64,000 nt of DNA from Stegostoma tigrinum. Lineage: Eukaryota. The translations under genes and the position numbers were made by a program. Positions 12,876 through 25,987 of this stretch are shown one piece after another. The notes beneath the pieces were generated by a model. The model worked only from the letters and a program-made list of their open reading frames with translations, searched no databases and was not told the origin of the DNA. Location: the NCBI RefSeq assembly GCF_030684315.1, contig NC_081356.1, positions 46,382,393-46,446,392 of the forward strand. The letters are read 5' to 3'. Position 1 is the stretch's first letter. Every line of letters begins with the position of its first letter.

Positions 12876-13420
12876 AAACTAAATTATGTCATCAGTCTCA
12901 AAATTGGCATCTCAATTGGGGAAAATAAACATTTTATCCTCTTTTGTGCAATATCCAGTTTACCAAAGGACTGGATCAAAAAGTGAGTTTCCTTTGTATT
13001 TCACAGTCATCAGCAAAGAAAGGGTGTGCTTGCTGTTAGTCTACAACATGCTTTCAATGGTACTGGGTCTTTTCACAGCAAACTGCTGTTAATCATTGAA
13101 AACCATAAAACCTTTGGTTAATGTCTAGTTGTTTTTTGTGATGTGGAAAGTGAGATGACTCTCAATGCCCTTGCAGTTTCACCTATCCCACTATGGAATT
13201 TGCGGAATGTGTCAGTGAACTCCACGCACACACTTTTTTTTCTTTTGCGCATTTCAAGACTTTCTTGGCTTTAGCTGCTAGTGTTCAATGGCACTTTATT
13301 TTGTTTGAAGCCAAAAAATTAGCAAGAGTCTGCCAAGGATGCCCAATATTTCAAACACAGTTTTACTTCAAATGAGTCTCTTTTTCACATTTTCCATCCA
13401 TCACAAAATAACACATAATA

Positions 13421-13718
13421 GCCTCATCCCACGGCCTTGACTTGTCCGTCCTCCCTGGACTAACCTATTCCCTCCCTAACTCCCCACCTACACTCACCTT
13501 TACTGGGTCCATCCCTGCCCCTTTGACCTGTCAGTCTCCTCTCCACCTATCCTCTCCTTTATCCATCTTCTATCTGCCTCCCTCTTTCTCCCTATTTATT
13601 TCAGAATCCCCTTTCCCTCCCCCATTTCTGAAGAAGGGCCTAGGCCCAAACCGTCAGCTTTCCTGCTCCTCTGATGCTGCTTGGCCTGCTGTGTTCACCC
13701 AGCTTTACACCTTGTTAT
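13421..13718 (+). mobile_element. Solo Penelope pseudo-LTR with 9-bp TSD (CACATAATA)
   Basis: C/T-rich pLTR matching 32620-32920; degenerate hammerhead core CTGAAGA..GGGCCTAGGCCC at 13628; CACATAATA at 13412-13420 and 13719-13727. Confidence 0.85.
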
Positions 13719-13807
13719 CACATAATACCAGCTGTAGTATTCTACTCCTCTCATTTATACTTAGCCCAAATTTGTAACTATTTTAGTGTAACTGTTTTGT
13801 ATTCAAT

Positions 13808-14512
13808 GGGCTGAATTTCACCTGAAATCCACTAAGTGTCATTCATATTGAGTTTCACAGAGGATTCCTCTCCAAGATCCCTAGCTCATGCTACCGTCCC
13901 AAACTCAGTTCATGACATACTTACCGTATCTTTATGGATGACCCACTCATGAGCTTCTCCCACTTGCCACAGATATAGTATCTATCATTATCAGGACAGG
14001 GATTTCTGCTGCTGATGATTTCTTCAAAGGTCATCTGTACATGTGTTCAAGTGCTGGCAATCCACATCAGTCCTACACGGTTCATCTCATTTGCCCCAGA
14101 CATGTAGGGCAGTGAGAAATTGGCAATTGCTTTACTACTAGGGGCTTGCAGGTGCTGCTGGATGGATTGCTGCATGCAGGTGTTGCCCAGGGAATGTATC
14201 CTGAGATGCAAATGACCGAAGTCTGAAGGAGTGAATAGGGAGACGGCATCACTGGCACCCACTCTGACTTTCACGGCAGAAATTGTTGCTATCTGGTTTC
14301 TATCCAGTGGTTCGAAGAATGTGAGACTACAAATCAATGAGGAGTGATAATTTTATAATGAAATGATAATACATGCTAATGTGCGCAAAAATGTTTTTCA
14401 AAACTCCCATCAAGAACCTTATCTTCCAGTTCAACATTTGGTTGAAAAATTGAACTTTTTTTCTTTTTAATGGCAGTGATCTTTTCACTATCAGATTTCA
14501 CAAAATTCACCT
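13808..14512. mobile_element. Possible non-autonomous PIF/Harbinger-like element
   Basis: Left end GGGCTGAATTTCACCTGAAATC and right end GATTTCACAAAATTCACC are imperfect inverted repeats. Confidence 0.25.
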
Positions 14513-17500
14513 AAGTTTCTCATCAATGACCATGTCAATCAGGACTGGGAACATTCTACTCAATAACTTTATTTGTAAAATGGAACCCCTTACACTTTAT
14601 TCCCTTTACAGCTATATCAACTTAACTCCTGCCTTTGAAGTATTTTGTATAAAGGTTGTCTATTCTCTCTGCTGCTCTATTCTTTGCAAGTTTTAACATT
14701 TTTACGCGCATCTCTTTACTCTTCTTTTCTCTACAACTGATTTAACAACTGATTTCAACATAATCTATGAGCCCATGTCCTCCTGAAGTCAATTACATAG
14801 CTCTTTACAGTTCATTACTCTCTGTAATTATGTTGCAAGTTTTAATATATACACCATAACCAAATTCAGGTTATTTATGTCTACTGAAAAGCAATATGTC
14901 CTCAAAATTAACATCAAGAGGAATTTATCTGTGGCATTGCATAGGCAACCATTACTTGCATCTCATGATATTTGCCACACCTGTCAGAATGTGTTTTGAG
15001 TAAAGGTAATTTGAGGTCATGGCCGCCAATCTTCCCTTTCCTCAGAACTGTTTACTGATCAGAGGTAAATGATGTACCACTGTAAAGTATTCACATAAGT
15101 ACACGTTTTAGTGGTTTGTTTCATGATAGCATTAAGTAGATCTACATTACAAGACAGATATAATCACTGGAACTCTTGGGAAGGTTACAATATATCTGTT
15201 CCTTTTCTGGGCAAGTGTACAAATTCCCTGTCTCCACCCACAGACTGTGTGACAACAACAGAATAAGTGGAGCTCAGTACCGTATGAACGAGAAGTTTTT
15301 CAGAACCATTTACCTTGTACAGTACCATTCAGTCTACTAAAGTTAATTGAACAGTGTTTTCTAAAAATCTGTTCCTTAAACTAACAAAATAATTCAGTTT
15401 CAATCCAAGTAGACAGCTGTAAGCCATCTCGAAAACCATCTAAAATTGTCTGTTGGTACTTGTTTGGAAAATAAAATTTCAACAGTTAGATGGAGGAAAA
15501 TAAATAGCCCAGATCTTATAGGATAATCAGAGACCAAAAACATCCTGAAAGATGTGCATTGGAACCTCCTGGTGATCCTTGCGTACTGATTCTGCAAGAA
15601 TTGCTTGGAAAGTTGAAACTTTTGAGTGAAAATTATCCAGATCCCCACCTAAACTGTTCCTGATGTTGAATTAGAGTAACAGGCTTAGGACTTGCTTAAC
15701 TTAATAGTTTTGCGTGAAAAATCAGAAATTTAGACTTGCTATAACTGTTAACAGTAAGACCGACCAACTAATCATTCATACTGACCACTCCACAATCACT
15801 GACATTGACTTACTTATGATCTGTTCTTCATTAATAATATGGTTCATTATTAACAAAATTATAAATATATTACAAGTCAAGCATAATTGCCAGGGATCTC
15901 AAGAGCTGTATACCTGCTCCCTACTAAGCTACTGTAGAACTGAAGGTCTCCACCTACAGATTGTGCATGATTTTATCAAAAGGGCTTGAATTAAATCTGT
16001 GCATTGGTGAGAAAGTTGGGAAAATCACATGAGATTTTAGTGATGTAATTATATCGCTACAGTGATTCTCAATGTCGTAAGCAGAAAGTTCCATTTTAGA
16101 ACCAAGTGTTGAATAGTGAGAAGAGAGCCTTGCCAGGAAGTGGTGAGGGATATCTGAACGCATTAACATTCCATAGTACTTAAGCTCACCTTATTAATGT
16201 GCAGTTTCCTATTCTTCCACTCAACAGATACAAACTGGACAGTGGTAATTCCCAACATGAAGCCTGGCAACTCTAGCTCACCATTTACTCTTCTGGTCCT
16301 GCATCGTAGACTACAATCAACAACTTCTCAAGGCACATTTCATGAGCACTGACTGTACACATTCCATATCCACAGAAATTGGTATCTGACACGTATCGCC
16401 TCACTGCATCATCAGGGCATATCTTAAATCCATTTGCAAGACACTTGATGCTGCACTTTGGAGTGCACTGTCTTCTCTCATTGCTGTGCTGCTATAACAA
16501 CATTGTGCACGTGGACAGGCACCCATCTCATGGGCTGGAGTAAGAGGCATCTCAGGGATCCTCCCTTGTTCTCTTGGATGCACACAGCATCTTTGTCTTA
16601 CCTCGCTTCTTTCAAACCTCTTTCTCCTCAGCCACAGATTAAAAGTTCACAGTCTTTTGCTGTCTTGCCTTGCTGCTTAGTGCAGATTCAAAGCCAGGGC
16701 CTTTGTTGTGGTTGTCAGCAGTAATCAGTCAAAGAAGTGAACATGTGACTGAGCCAAATCAATCTCTCACCTTCATCATGTGCCAGCAGCTTATGTGGCA
16801 AACTTATTGCATGTGTTTCAACCAAATGGGCATGTCTCATAGTTGAGGGACAATAGGCCTTCAGTCAAGTCAAGGGAATATTCTTCAGTCGGGGATGCCA
16901 ACACAGTAAGTCAAGGCCAGCCTCAGATGTCAAGTTGGGAGTGGCCAATGGTCATCACTTTGGGTCCAGGGTAATCAGTCCAGGTATTGTGGGAAATCAA
17001 TGAACAGCTGCATCAGTTGATAGCTGGTCATTCATTATCCAAGCTGATCATTCAGGTTGATCAAGTGGCTGGGCCATGGTTAGTCCAAGAAGCCCATCCA
17101 CCTAAGGTCCAGGAGGACAACTGGGTTGGTGGGGAGGGTCATGGTCACTGCTGTGAGAGACTTAGTGGGAACTCAATTGTGGGGATTGGATGCAGTATGC
17201 TTGAATACAAAGGTAAAATTAATTATTAATGGGGACAACTCAACATGTAAGGGAGGGAGACAATATACCATAGGATGGAAAGGGTAATGAGGGTTCTTGT
17301 CAGCACTCTCCTGGCTTTGATGGGGCAACTGTATGCTACTACTAGTAGTACTAAAATAGTGAAATGACTTGACATGCCTGGGAGTGAGACGCTAAAATGG
17401 GAAGTTGACCACTTAAATTGGATGATGTTGATGAGAAGGGTTATCAATAGAGAATGTGAAGATTTAGAGCTTCATCTAGACTGAGAGGCTGATTATGTAA

Positions 17501-18842
17501 CCCACTGCATGGATCCCCAAGTTCTCTTGACCACATTATGTAACATTAGGAATCTATCTTATTCAATGTGATGCACAAGCAATGAACTGGAAAAGTTCAC
17601 CCTGATTGCTCAGGTAACAACTATCTTCCCAAGTTCCCAAAATCTGCACGTAGGGCAGAAGGTGCTCATTTCAAATTTTGGACAATTAAACCTCATGTGC
17701 TGCTAAGGATAGTTAGATTATGTACCTTCAATGTCATAGCTGCAGCTTGACAGCCATCATTCATAGAGTTGATGGTTAAAAAGTGAATATATATTTAGAA
17801 ATGTGATAAAATATTTACGATGAAGTGTGACTTCTGCCACCAACCTGCTCTCAGATGGTCCACTTCCTTTCCCTCTCATGTCTTAGTGCAGTCTTGGGGT
17901 CTGCAGTTGGGATGGAGAAAGCTTGCCCCACAGTGAATCTTTTGGCCTTGGGCTTTTGGTTGGTGACCTCAGGGGCATTTATTGTTGGAGGCCCAGGCAT
18001 GCTGGGTGTGTCCTACACAGAGATAGGTTCACTGTCGTCAGCTTTAACTCCCAGAGAGCTGAAAGCGCAAGCAGGGTGGACGTATAAAGTTTGGAGTGCC
18101 ATGAGAGGAAACTTCTACAGGGCCTTTGTGTTTTGTCCTCAAATTGAGTGCTCACTGGCACTGGCCATCTGCTTCTAAGGAAGAGGCGCTTGGTTTAAGC
18201 TCAAGGTCCTTCATCCCCTTGTTGTAATGGACTGGTGCTAAGTCTACGGAAGGTGCTGGACCTGGATCTCCATAGCAGTTGCCAACCTGTCTGTGGAGGA
18301 AACTGGATACTCTTGTGTCAGAGGCAACATGGTATCAACAGCATTGGTATAGTTCTTCCACCCTTGGTTCAGTTTGTTCAGTGCCACCTACAAACCTTCC
18401 TACTACTCCTGTGTCTGTTGTGCATTTAAATTAAATTATGAATTGTCAATTCCTTGGGTTGCTGTCCAACATGAAGATGAGCATCCTCCCAGTGCCAGTG
18501 ACTTAGGCGATTTTGTTGTTGACCAGCTGTGGTATCGTGGTATTGATTTGCTCACGAGCTGATGTTCCAAAATCTAGGTAAAATACCCATTGAGGTGTCA
18601 GCATTGGGCTGGTGCGGTGGCCTTGACAGCGTATTCTCTAAGGAATCTGTAGTTTATTTCTGAAAGCTAAAGGAATAGCATGTCATGCAGGGCTGGCCTC
18701 TTGGTTGCTGAAATGCTGCAGAGGGCACTCGCACCTACAGGAAACTAAAGAGAAAATGTGTTGCAGTGTCTGGGCAAGTTAAGAACATTTTATCTATGGT
18801 GGTAATGATGCATTAGCACATCAATGGACAATGTTTTTTTGA

Positions 18843-18926
18843 ACAAAAATAGATGTCGCCATCGAAACTCAGCAGGTCTGGCAGCATCCGTAGACAGGAA
18901 GCAAAGTTAACTTTTCAAGCCCGGTG
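18843..18926 (-). mobile_element. Short Penelope-derived mini-element arm
   Basis: CTCAGCAGGTCTGGCAGCATC...GTTAAC.TTTC matches the arms at 29440-29510 and 30110-30190. Confidence 0.7.
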
Positions 18927-19039
18927 CTTTTTATTTGGTTGCCAATGCATAGAGTTTTGGCATCATCACAAGCTGCTGTGGTCCCCACAGCCAATACAAG
19001 GAACCTTTAAATATAAAGGTTGAAGAACTAAATGTCAGG

Positions 19040-19410
19040 CTGCCCATGGCCCTCTCTGCATCCCTTAGCATTCCTTAGTGATGTCCAGATATTGTCTGTG
19101 TCTGTGAGTTTTTATTGTTCGACAGCTTTGACAAGCATTTTTAGCATCTGTTATTAGCCTCATCCCTGTTTTGGTTTGTCATATGTCTCTCTGGGGCGTT
19201 CATACTTTAGAAAGCCAATAAAGTCTATTGCATTCTTAAAGTAGTATTGGTCCTCTCTTCTCAGGATCTACCTATGAGTCTTTCCGGTTTCTGCTTCCAG
19301 CACCATTTGAAGATCTTTCTCTGAACTTAAATCTTTTTTGGCCTGTATGAAATCTGATAAAGGTTCAGGAAGAATTCCAACAATAATTCTGACAGCAATG
19401 ACCATCCTTC
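19040..19410 (-). mobile_element. Gypsy gag remnant
   Basis: Reverse strand: VRIIVGILPEPLSDFIQAKKDLSSEKDLQM.LEAE, like the gag RDRIVVGI...LQ..DLTLEKA motif, followed by a decayed CQSC..H knuckle. Confidence 0.45.
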
Positions 19411-20219
19411 ACCATGAAGGCTCAACCCCTAACCACCTCTGGACACATTTCGCCACAGACATTCAAGTGATCCCTGATCTCAGAAGCATAAATCCTGTCC
19501 CTGCCACCTAGTCAACCTTACCCTTTCACCCACTCTCTTGGTACTTATAATAGCCTCCACATACATCTGTTGCCCTACATCCTCTGGCCAACATATCCTC
19601 TCTGTCGCCTGCCTTCTGACACCTTCACTCACTAATCACCCTACCCTCCCACCCAACAATCTGCTATCCTAATCCCTCTCCCACTTATATCACACACTTC
19701 CTGTCAGCAGCTTTTACAGTGGCTTGGAGACCTTTACACATTTTGCTTACTGGAATTCGGCAGGTACTGTTGTGAAAAGAGGCGTGGCTTGGCTTCAATG
19801 CAAATCCTCCTTCAAGTGGATTACAGTCCCATTTTGTATGATATACAAATCCAGGGCAGGCCAGATTCAAATGTTTGGCTTTAAAAATCATTGACAGGTA
19901 AATAGGCAACTTTTAACAGGCATACTGTCACTCACCACTGCTCTGACAATCACGGGAAAATATGGGCCATGATGAAACTCAGAAACTCAAAAACTCAAAG
20001 TTAGTTAAAGCAAAGTTTGTGTTTTCCTATATTTTTCAGTCAGGCAACACATTAATCATCTGCAGCCAACTGTGTCACATCATATTATGCTGACTAATTT
20101 TCGCTGGAGTCCCAATATGGATTCTTTTGTTGTGGCTATTTATTGGACACTAAAATGAAACAAAGAAAGAATACTTACATGTGCAGTTACCTTTTTAATA
20201 GGATGATAAGGCATTGGGG

Positions 20220-20585
20220 GAAATTAGAAATAGGAACAGGAGTATGTTTTTCAGCCCCTTGAGCCTATTTGACCATTCAATAGGATCGTGGCTAATCCAA
20301 CATTCTACATGCCTACTTTCCTGCCCTTACCCTGTAACCATTGATTCCACCACTGATCAAGTACCTATCTATCTATCTATCTATCTATCCATTTGTCTAT
20401 CTATCTCAGTCTTAAATATAAACAAAGACTTTTCCCTCACGACACCCTGTGACAAGGAGTTCCAAAGACTCTCAACCTCTGGCAGAGGAAATTCCTCTTC
20501 ATTGCAGCCTAATCTCTCCCATGAAGAAAACATATTTTCAGCATTTACCTGCCAAGCTGCACAAGGATCCTATAAGTTTCAGTGT
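20220..20585 (-). mobile_element. CR1 3' fragment containing a (TATC)n microsatellite at about 20366-20406
   Basis: Reverse-complemented CR1 3' UTR (AGAAATAGGAACAGGAG...CAGCCCCTTGAGCCT) and the WNSL region. Confidence 0.7.
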
Positions 20586-20739
20586 TTTTCTTTGATGAGC
20601 TCATTGACACCTACCTGGCCTGCAAAGAAACAGAATGATTTTTGCACCACAATAGTACTTTACCTCATCAAAATTGTTTTTCAGAATGTGTACATACTAA
20701 GATTTTTCCATATGTGAAAAGGTATAAGTAACTCATACA

Positions 20740-23314
20740 ATATTGTTGGTGTAATAATTGTTGTCCACATTGATACCAGTGACACTGGTAGGCCCAGAAA
20801 GGAAGTTTTACTGAAAGTCTTTTAAGACTTCAGAGCCAAGTTCAGGAGGTAATAATCTCTGGATTGCTATACGAGCCATGGGCAAACTGATACAGGGGAA
20901 ATAAATTAAAGGAGTTAAGTGGCTCAACGATTAGTGTTGGAGAAATGGGCTTCAGTTTCTGTAGCTCTTACACTAGTACTGGGTTAGAAGTGAACTGAAC
21001 TAGTGGGATGGGCTTCACTTGAGCTATGCTGTGTTTATGTCCTGGAAAATTGAATAACTAGAACTGTTAAGACGGCTTGAAAATAACTGGGGGCAGAAGA
21101 AGGTTGGGAGAGAGCAAATATAGATGACAAAGCAAGAGGATACGGCTGAATTAAAGGCCAGTTACTTGAATAACGATACCCATTGTGGGAAATGAAAGGA
21201 CAGAGGAAAGAAACAGAAAAATAATAGTAATTAGAGCTAAAAAGGGGAAATAATGGTAAAAAGGCAAAATGAATGGATCTTCACTTGAATGCACATAGGA
21301 TTTGGAACAAAACAAATGAATTAATGAAAAAAACACAGGTTAATGATCTTATAGCCATTACATTGACATGAAAGGATATCAAAGCTGGGAGTTAAATATT
21401 CAGAAGGGAGATGCAGATTCCATAAGGGTGGAGGTGAGAAATAACAAAGGCAAGGAGAAACTTGTGGAAATAACTACTGATAGTGGGCTATAGACTATTT
21501 AATGAGACAGAGTGTAAAACAGAATATAATGAAGGTATGTATCAATGGCAGTACTTTAATCAATGGTGACATTAATGTTTATGTAGATTGGGATATTCAG
21601 GTTGGCAAAGGAAGGCATGAAGAAGAATTGACAGGTCTAATTTCGGACAGTTTCCTAAAAAAATATATATGTTGAGGCTCCAACTAGGGAGCAGGTGATT
21701 TCAGATCTGGTGTTGTGTAATGAGTTAAGTTTAACAAATGATATAAAAGTAGAAGGTGCTCTTAGAAACAGTGACCATAGCGTAATAGAATTTAGCAATC
21801 AGTTGAGATAGAAGAACTTGGGTCAGAAATAACCGCTCACCTTAAGTCAAGGTAATAACAAAGGAACAGGGACCTAACTGGCTGGAGTAGTCTGGGGAAG
21901 GAGTTTAGCAGCAAAACAAGGTGGAAGACAAGGAACAATGTCAGTCATTTTAAAAAGGGAAGCGATGGATGTAATATTTGAATATTCAGAAGGCTTTTGA
22001 AAATGTGCCACACATTAATCTTCTTAACAATATAATAACTCACAGTGTTGGAGGTAGCATATTATCATAGATTGAATATTGGCTAACTAATAGAAGACAG
22101 CTGGAATAAGGATGCATTTTCAGGCTGACAACCGTGTACCTAACGGTGTGCCACAGGAATTAGTGCTGTGACCACAATTATTAACATTATATATATATAG
22201 TTGGTTTGAAGAAGAAAATTGAATGTACTATAGGAAAGTTTGTAGATGTCAAAAAAATAGATGGGAAGGCAAATGGTGAGGCTGGCTCAGAGTTTGCGGA
22301 ATAGAGGAGCTGAATATTATTTTAATGAAGGAACATTAAGGATTTGGCAGCCTTTGTCCATGAAGCACAAAATGTCAGCATCTATGTTCAGTGGGTCATA
22401 TGGATTGTTGGCTTTTATTACAAGTGGAATGGAGCAAAAAAGTAGGGAAGTTTTGCTAAAACTATATAAGACACTAGTTCAGACCAAAGCTGGAAAACTG
22501 AGAACCGTTTGACATCCCTGACCTAAGCACAGATATTGGAGGCATTCCAGGGAAAATTGATTTGGCTGATACCAAGCGGGAAGGGACTGTCTTATCAGGG
22601 GAGGTTGAGTTGACTGGGCCTGCACTTGTTGGAATTTATAAGAATGACAGATGACCTTACCGAAACATACAAGATTCTTAGGGACTTAACAGTGTAGAAA
22701 TGGAAAGGTTGTTTCCCCTTGTGGAAGAGTTTAGGACCAGAAGTTATAATCTCAGAGTAAGAGATCAACTAGTTAAGACATAGATGAGGAGTCTTGTTTT
22801 TATCTCAGAGGGTTGTTGAGGCTGGGTCATTAAGTATGTTCAAGGCTCAGATCGGTAGGTTTTTAATCATTAAAGAAATCAAGAATTTTGGGGAAAAGGC
22901 AGGAAAATGGAGTTGGGATTTGTAGATTAGCCAAGCTCTCATTAAATAGTGAAGCAGACTCGATAGGCTGAATGGCCTACTTTTGCTCCTCTGTCTTATG
23001 ATCTTATGGAATGAGGGAAGAATCTCATAGAAACTTATAAAATGTTAACAGGGCAAGACAAAGCAAATGCAGAAAGGATGTTTCCAATTGGGGAATTCAG
23101 AACCAGGTGTCAAAGGCTAAAGATATTGATTAAGCCATTAGGACTGAGATAAGGGTAAATTTCTTTACAGAGTAGTAAGCTTTTGGAATTATTTGCCATA
23201 GAAAGTGATGGAGGGTAAAAGATTCAAAGTCTTCAAGAAGACATTATGTCAGCCATGATCATATTGAATGGTAGCATCGGCTCAAAGGGTCAAATGGCCT
23301 ATTGCTTCTCCTAT
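20740..23314 (+). mobile_element. Old CR1 LINE (ORF1 esterase end, deleted ORF2, 3' UTR) plus a second CR1 3' fragment
   Basis: VVHI.TSD.GR, VIISGLL (ORF1 SGNH esterase); LGNSDH, KAF..VPH, GVPQ.LVL, KF.D (ORF2); 3' tails at about 23005 and 23314/24660. Confidence 0.8.
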
Positions 23315-24630
23315 GAGAGATAATGGGAACTGCAGATGCTGGAGATTCCAAGATGATAAAATGTGAGGCTGGATGAACACAGCAGGCCAAGCAGCATCTC
23401 AGGAGCACAAAAGCTGACGTTTCGGGCCTGGACCCTTCATCAGAGAGGGGGATGGGGGGAGGGAACTGGAATAAATAGGGAGAGAGGGGGAGGCGGACCG
23501 AAGATGGAGAGCAAAGAAGATAGGTGGAGAGGGTGTAGGTGGGGAGGTAGGGAGGGGATAGGTCAGTCCAGGGAAGACGGACAGGTCAAGGAGGTGGGAT
23601 GAGGTTAGTAGGTAGCTGGGGGTGCGGCTGGGGGTGGGAGGAAGGGATGGGTGAGAGGAAGAACCGGTTAGGGAGGCAGAGACAGGTTGGACTGGTTTTG
23701 GGATGCAGTGGGTGGGGGGGAAGAGCTGGGCTGGTTGTGTGGTGCAGTGGGGGGAGGGGATGAACTGGGCTGGTTTAGGGATGCAGTGGGGGAAGGGGAG
23801 ATTTTGAAACTGGTGAAGTCCACATTGATACCATATGGCTGCAGGGTTCCCAGGCGGAATATGAGTTGCTGTTCCTGCAACCTTCGGGTGGCATCATTGT
23901 GGCAGTGCAGGAGGCCCATGATGGACATGTCCATTGGGGAAACCAAGCGGAGGCTTGGGGACCGCTTTGCAGAACACCTCCGCTCAGTTCGCAACAAACA
24001 ACTGCACCTCCCAGTCGCAAACCATTTCCACTCCCCCTCCCATTCTCTTGATGACATGTCCATCATGGGCCTCCTGCACTGCCACAATGATGCCACCCGA
24101 AGGTTGCAGGAACAGCAACTCATATTCCGCCTGGGAACCCTGCAGCCATATGGTATCAATGTGGACTTCACCAGTTTCAAAATCTCCCCTTCCCCCACTG
24201 CATCCCTAAACCAGCCCAGTTCATCCCCTCCCCCCACTGCACCACACAACCAGCCCAGCTCTTCCCCCCCACCCACTGCATCCCAAAACCAGTCCAACCT
24301 GTCTCTGCCTCCCTAACCGGTTCTTCCTCTCACCCATCCCTTCCTCCCACCCCCAGCCGCACCCCCAGCTACCTACTAACCTCATCCCACCTCCTTGACC
24401 TGTCCGTCTTCCCTGGACTGACCTATCCCCTCCCTACCTCCCCACCTACACCCTCTCCACCTATCTTCTTTGCTCTCCATCTTCGGTCCGCCTCCCCCTC
24501 TCTCCCTATTTATTCCAGTTCCCTCCCCCCATCCCCCTCTCTGATGAAGGGTCCAGGCCCGAAACGTCAGCTTTTGTGCTCCTGAGATGCTGCTTGGCCT
24601 GCTGTGTTCATCCAGCCTCACATTTTATCA
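23315..24630. mobile_element. Penelope-like element, head-to-head inverted insertion (578-bp arms, 121-bp spacer) with 15-bp TSD
   Basis: Arms 23354-23931 and 24053-24630 mirror each other (mirror ORFs translate identically). GIY-YIG C-terminus IGETKRRLGDRFAEH...EQQLIFRLGTLQPYGIN. TSD TATTGCTTCTCCTAT at 23300-23314 and 24631-24645. Confidence 0.95.
24541..24570 (+). ncRNA. Minimal type-I hammerhead ribozyme motif in Penelope pLTR (mirror copy 23414-23443 on -)
   Basis: CTGATGA-AGGGTCCAGGCCC-GAAAC-GTC: intact core, GGG/CCC stem II, palindromic ACGT at helix III. Stem I is short. Activity untested. Confidence 0.65.
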
Positions 24631-24899
24631 TATTGCTTCTCCTATTTTCTGTTTCTGTGTTTTTATCTCTTCTGATGTAACAAACTGCTTTTCTGGCTTG
24701 GTCAAATTGCTTTTCAAGCTAACGGCAATTTTGAATTCAGATAACCTGATCAGGATGGACAATTAGTTTATTAAATTCTTTATTCAATTTAAATTGCAGC
24801 CCACAACCACCGCCCCTTCATCACCCGATCCACCCAGCCCCTAACCCCAACTTGCCCCAACACCCTAAGTTTGGGTTTGTCAGACAGGGGAAATCAAAT

Positions 24900-25305
24900 T
24901 TGAGATGTGTGAATTATTGTTGGGACCACAAATATTCACAATTGACATTAAGAATCTGGATGAAAGAACTGAGAGTATTGTTGCTAAGTCTGCAGATGAC
25001 ACAAAGACAGGTGAGTTAAGGAAGCAGGATGCTACAAAGGACTTGGAAAGGGGGAAAGAGTGGGCACAGATGGAGCAGATGGAATACAATGTCGGAAAGT
25101 ATAACGTTATGCACTTCTTACAAGAAAAATAAAAATGTACAGGCAAAGTCTTTAGAAATCTGAAGCAAAAAGGGACCTGGGGTCCTAGTTTAGGATTCTC
25201 TTAAGGTTAACGTGCAGGTTCAAGTGTCAGTTAGAAAGGCAAATGCAATGTTGGTATTCATTTCAAGAGAGGTAGAATACAACAGCGGAGATATACTGCT
25301 GAGAA
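24900..25305 (+). mobile_element. CR1 RT fragment
   Basis: LLGPQIFTI.IK.LDE...VAKSADDTK...QMEYNVGK. Confidence 0.8.
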
Positions 25306-25987
25306 ATAGCCAATGAATTCTATTCATGATGTGTATTCAAGTAGATATCATCTGTGCAACTCAAACTAATGATTCTTGTATATAGTATCATATTTTGTGG
25401 ACCATTTGCCTGAAGCATCACACCAAAAGGTCATGGTGACAATGGATTCTGAGATCACATGCTGTCTGACAGAAAGGCTCATGTGCAGTTTTTTCTTCTT
25501 CTCCAAGAAAGTGAGTATTTATCTTGACAATATTTGCCTGTTCAAATTAGAAAAAAAAAATCAGTGGTGGTACTGTAATAGACTTTGCAATGACGTGGAT
25601 GAAATAACCACATGATGAATATCACAAGGATAATATAAGAAATGCTTGCAGCTAGGTCTAATTCATGTTCATCAAATGGCAATAAACCAAATTAAAATCC
25701 AAATAACCACCTTGCCTTTCTTATAGCTGAAACAATGATTTAGTTCATCCATTCATACACTTTACTAATAAGTTAATATTTCTTATCTGAAAGTAATACT
25801 TCACAAAAAAATTAAGTATTTCATCACCATGTTTTCATAAGTTCAAATTGTGTTTATCATAGCAAACTACATCTTAAAGCCCCAGAGAGTTTATTATTTC
25901 ATTATCCCTTATGAATATGCTTGTACATCTACCTACAGCTCTTGAACTGCAGCGATTCAAAAAGGCAGCTCATCACAACCTCAAGAG

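Noticed and set aside
16380-18800. Possible PIF/Harbinger transposase or Myb-like remnants
   Set aside because: Only vague similarity (e.g. DRLATAME on -); no DDE motif could be reconstructed.
23668-24316. Two overlapping 209-aa ORFs on opposite strands as a novel ambisense gene
   Set aside because: A by-product of the palindrome: half is antisense Penelope and half is the GIY-YIG C-terminus.
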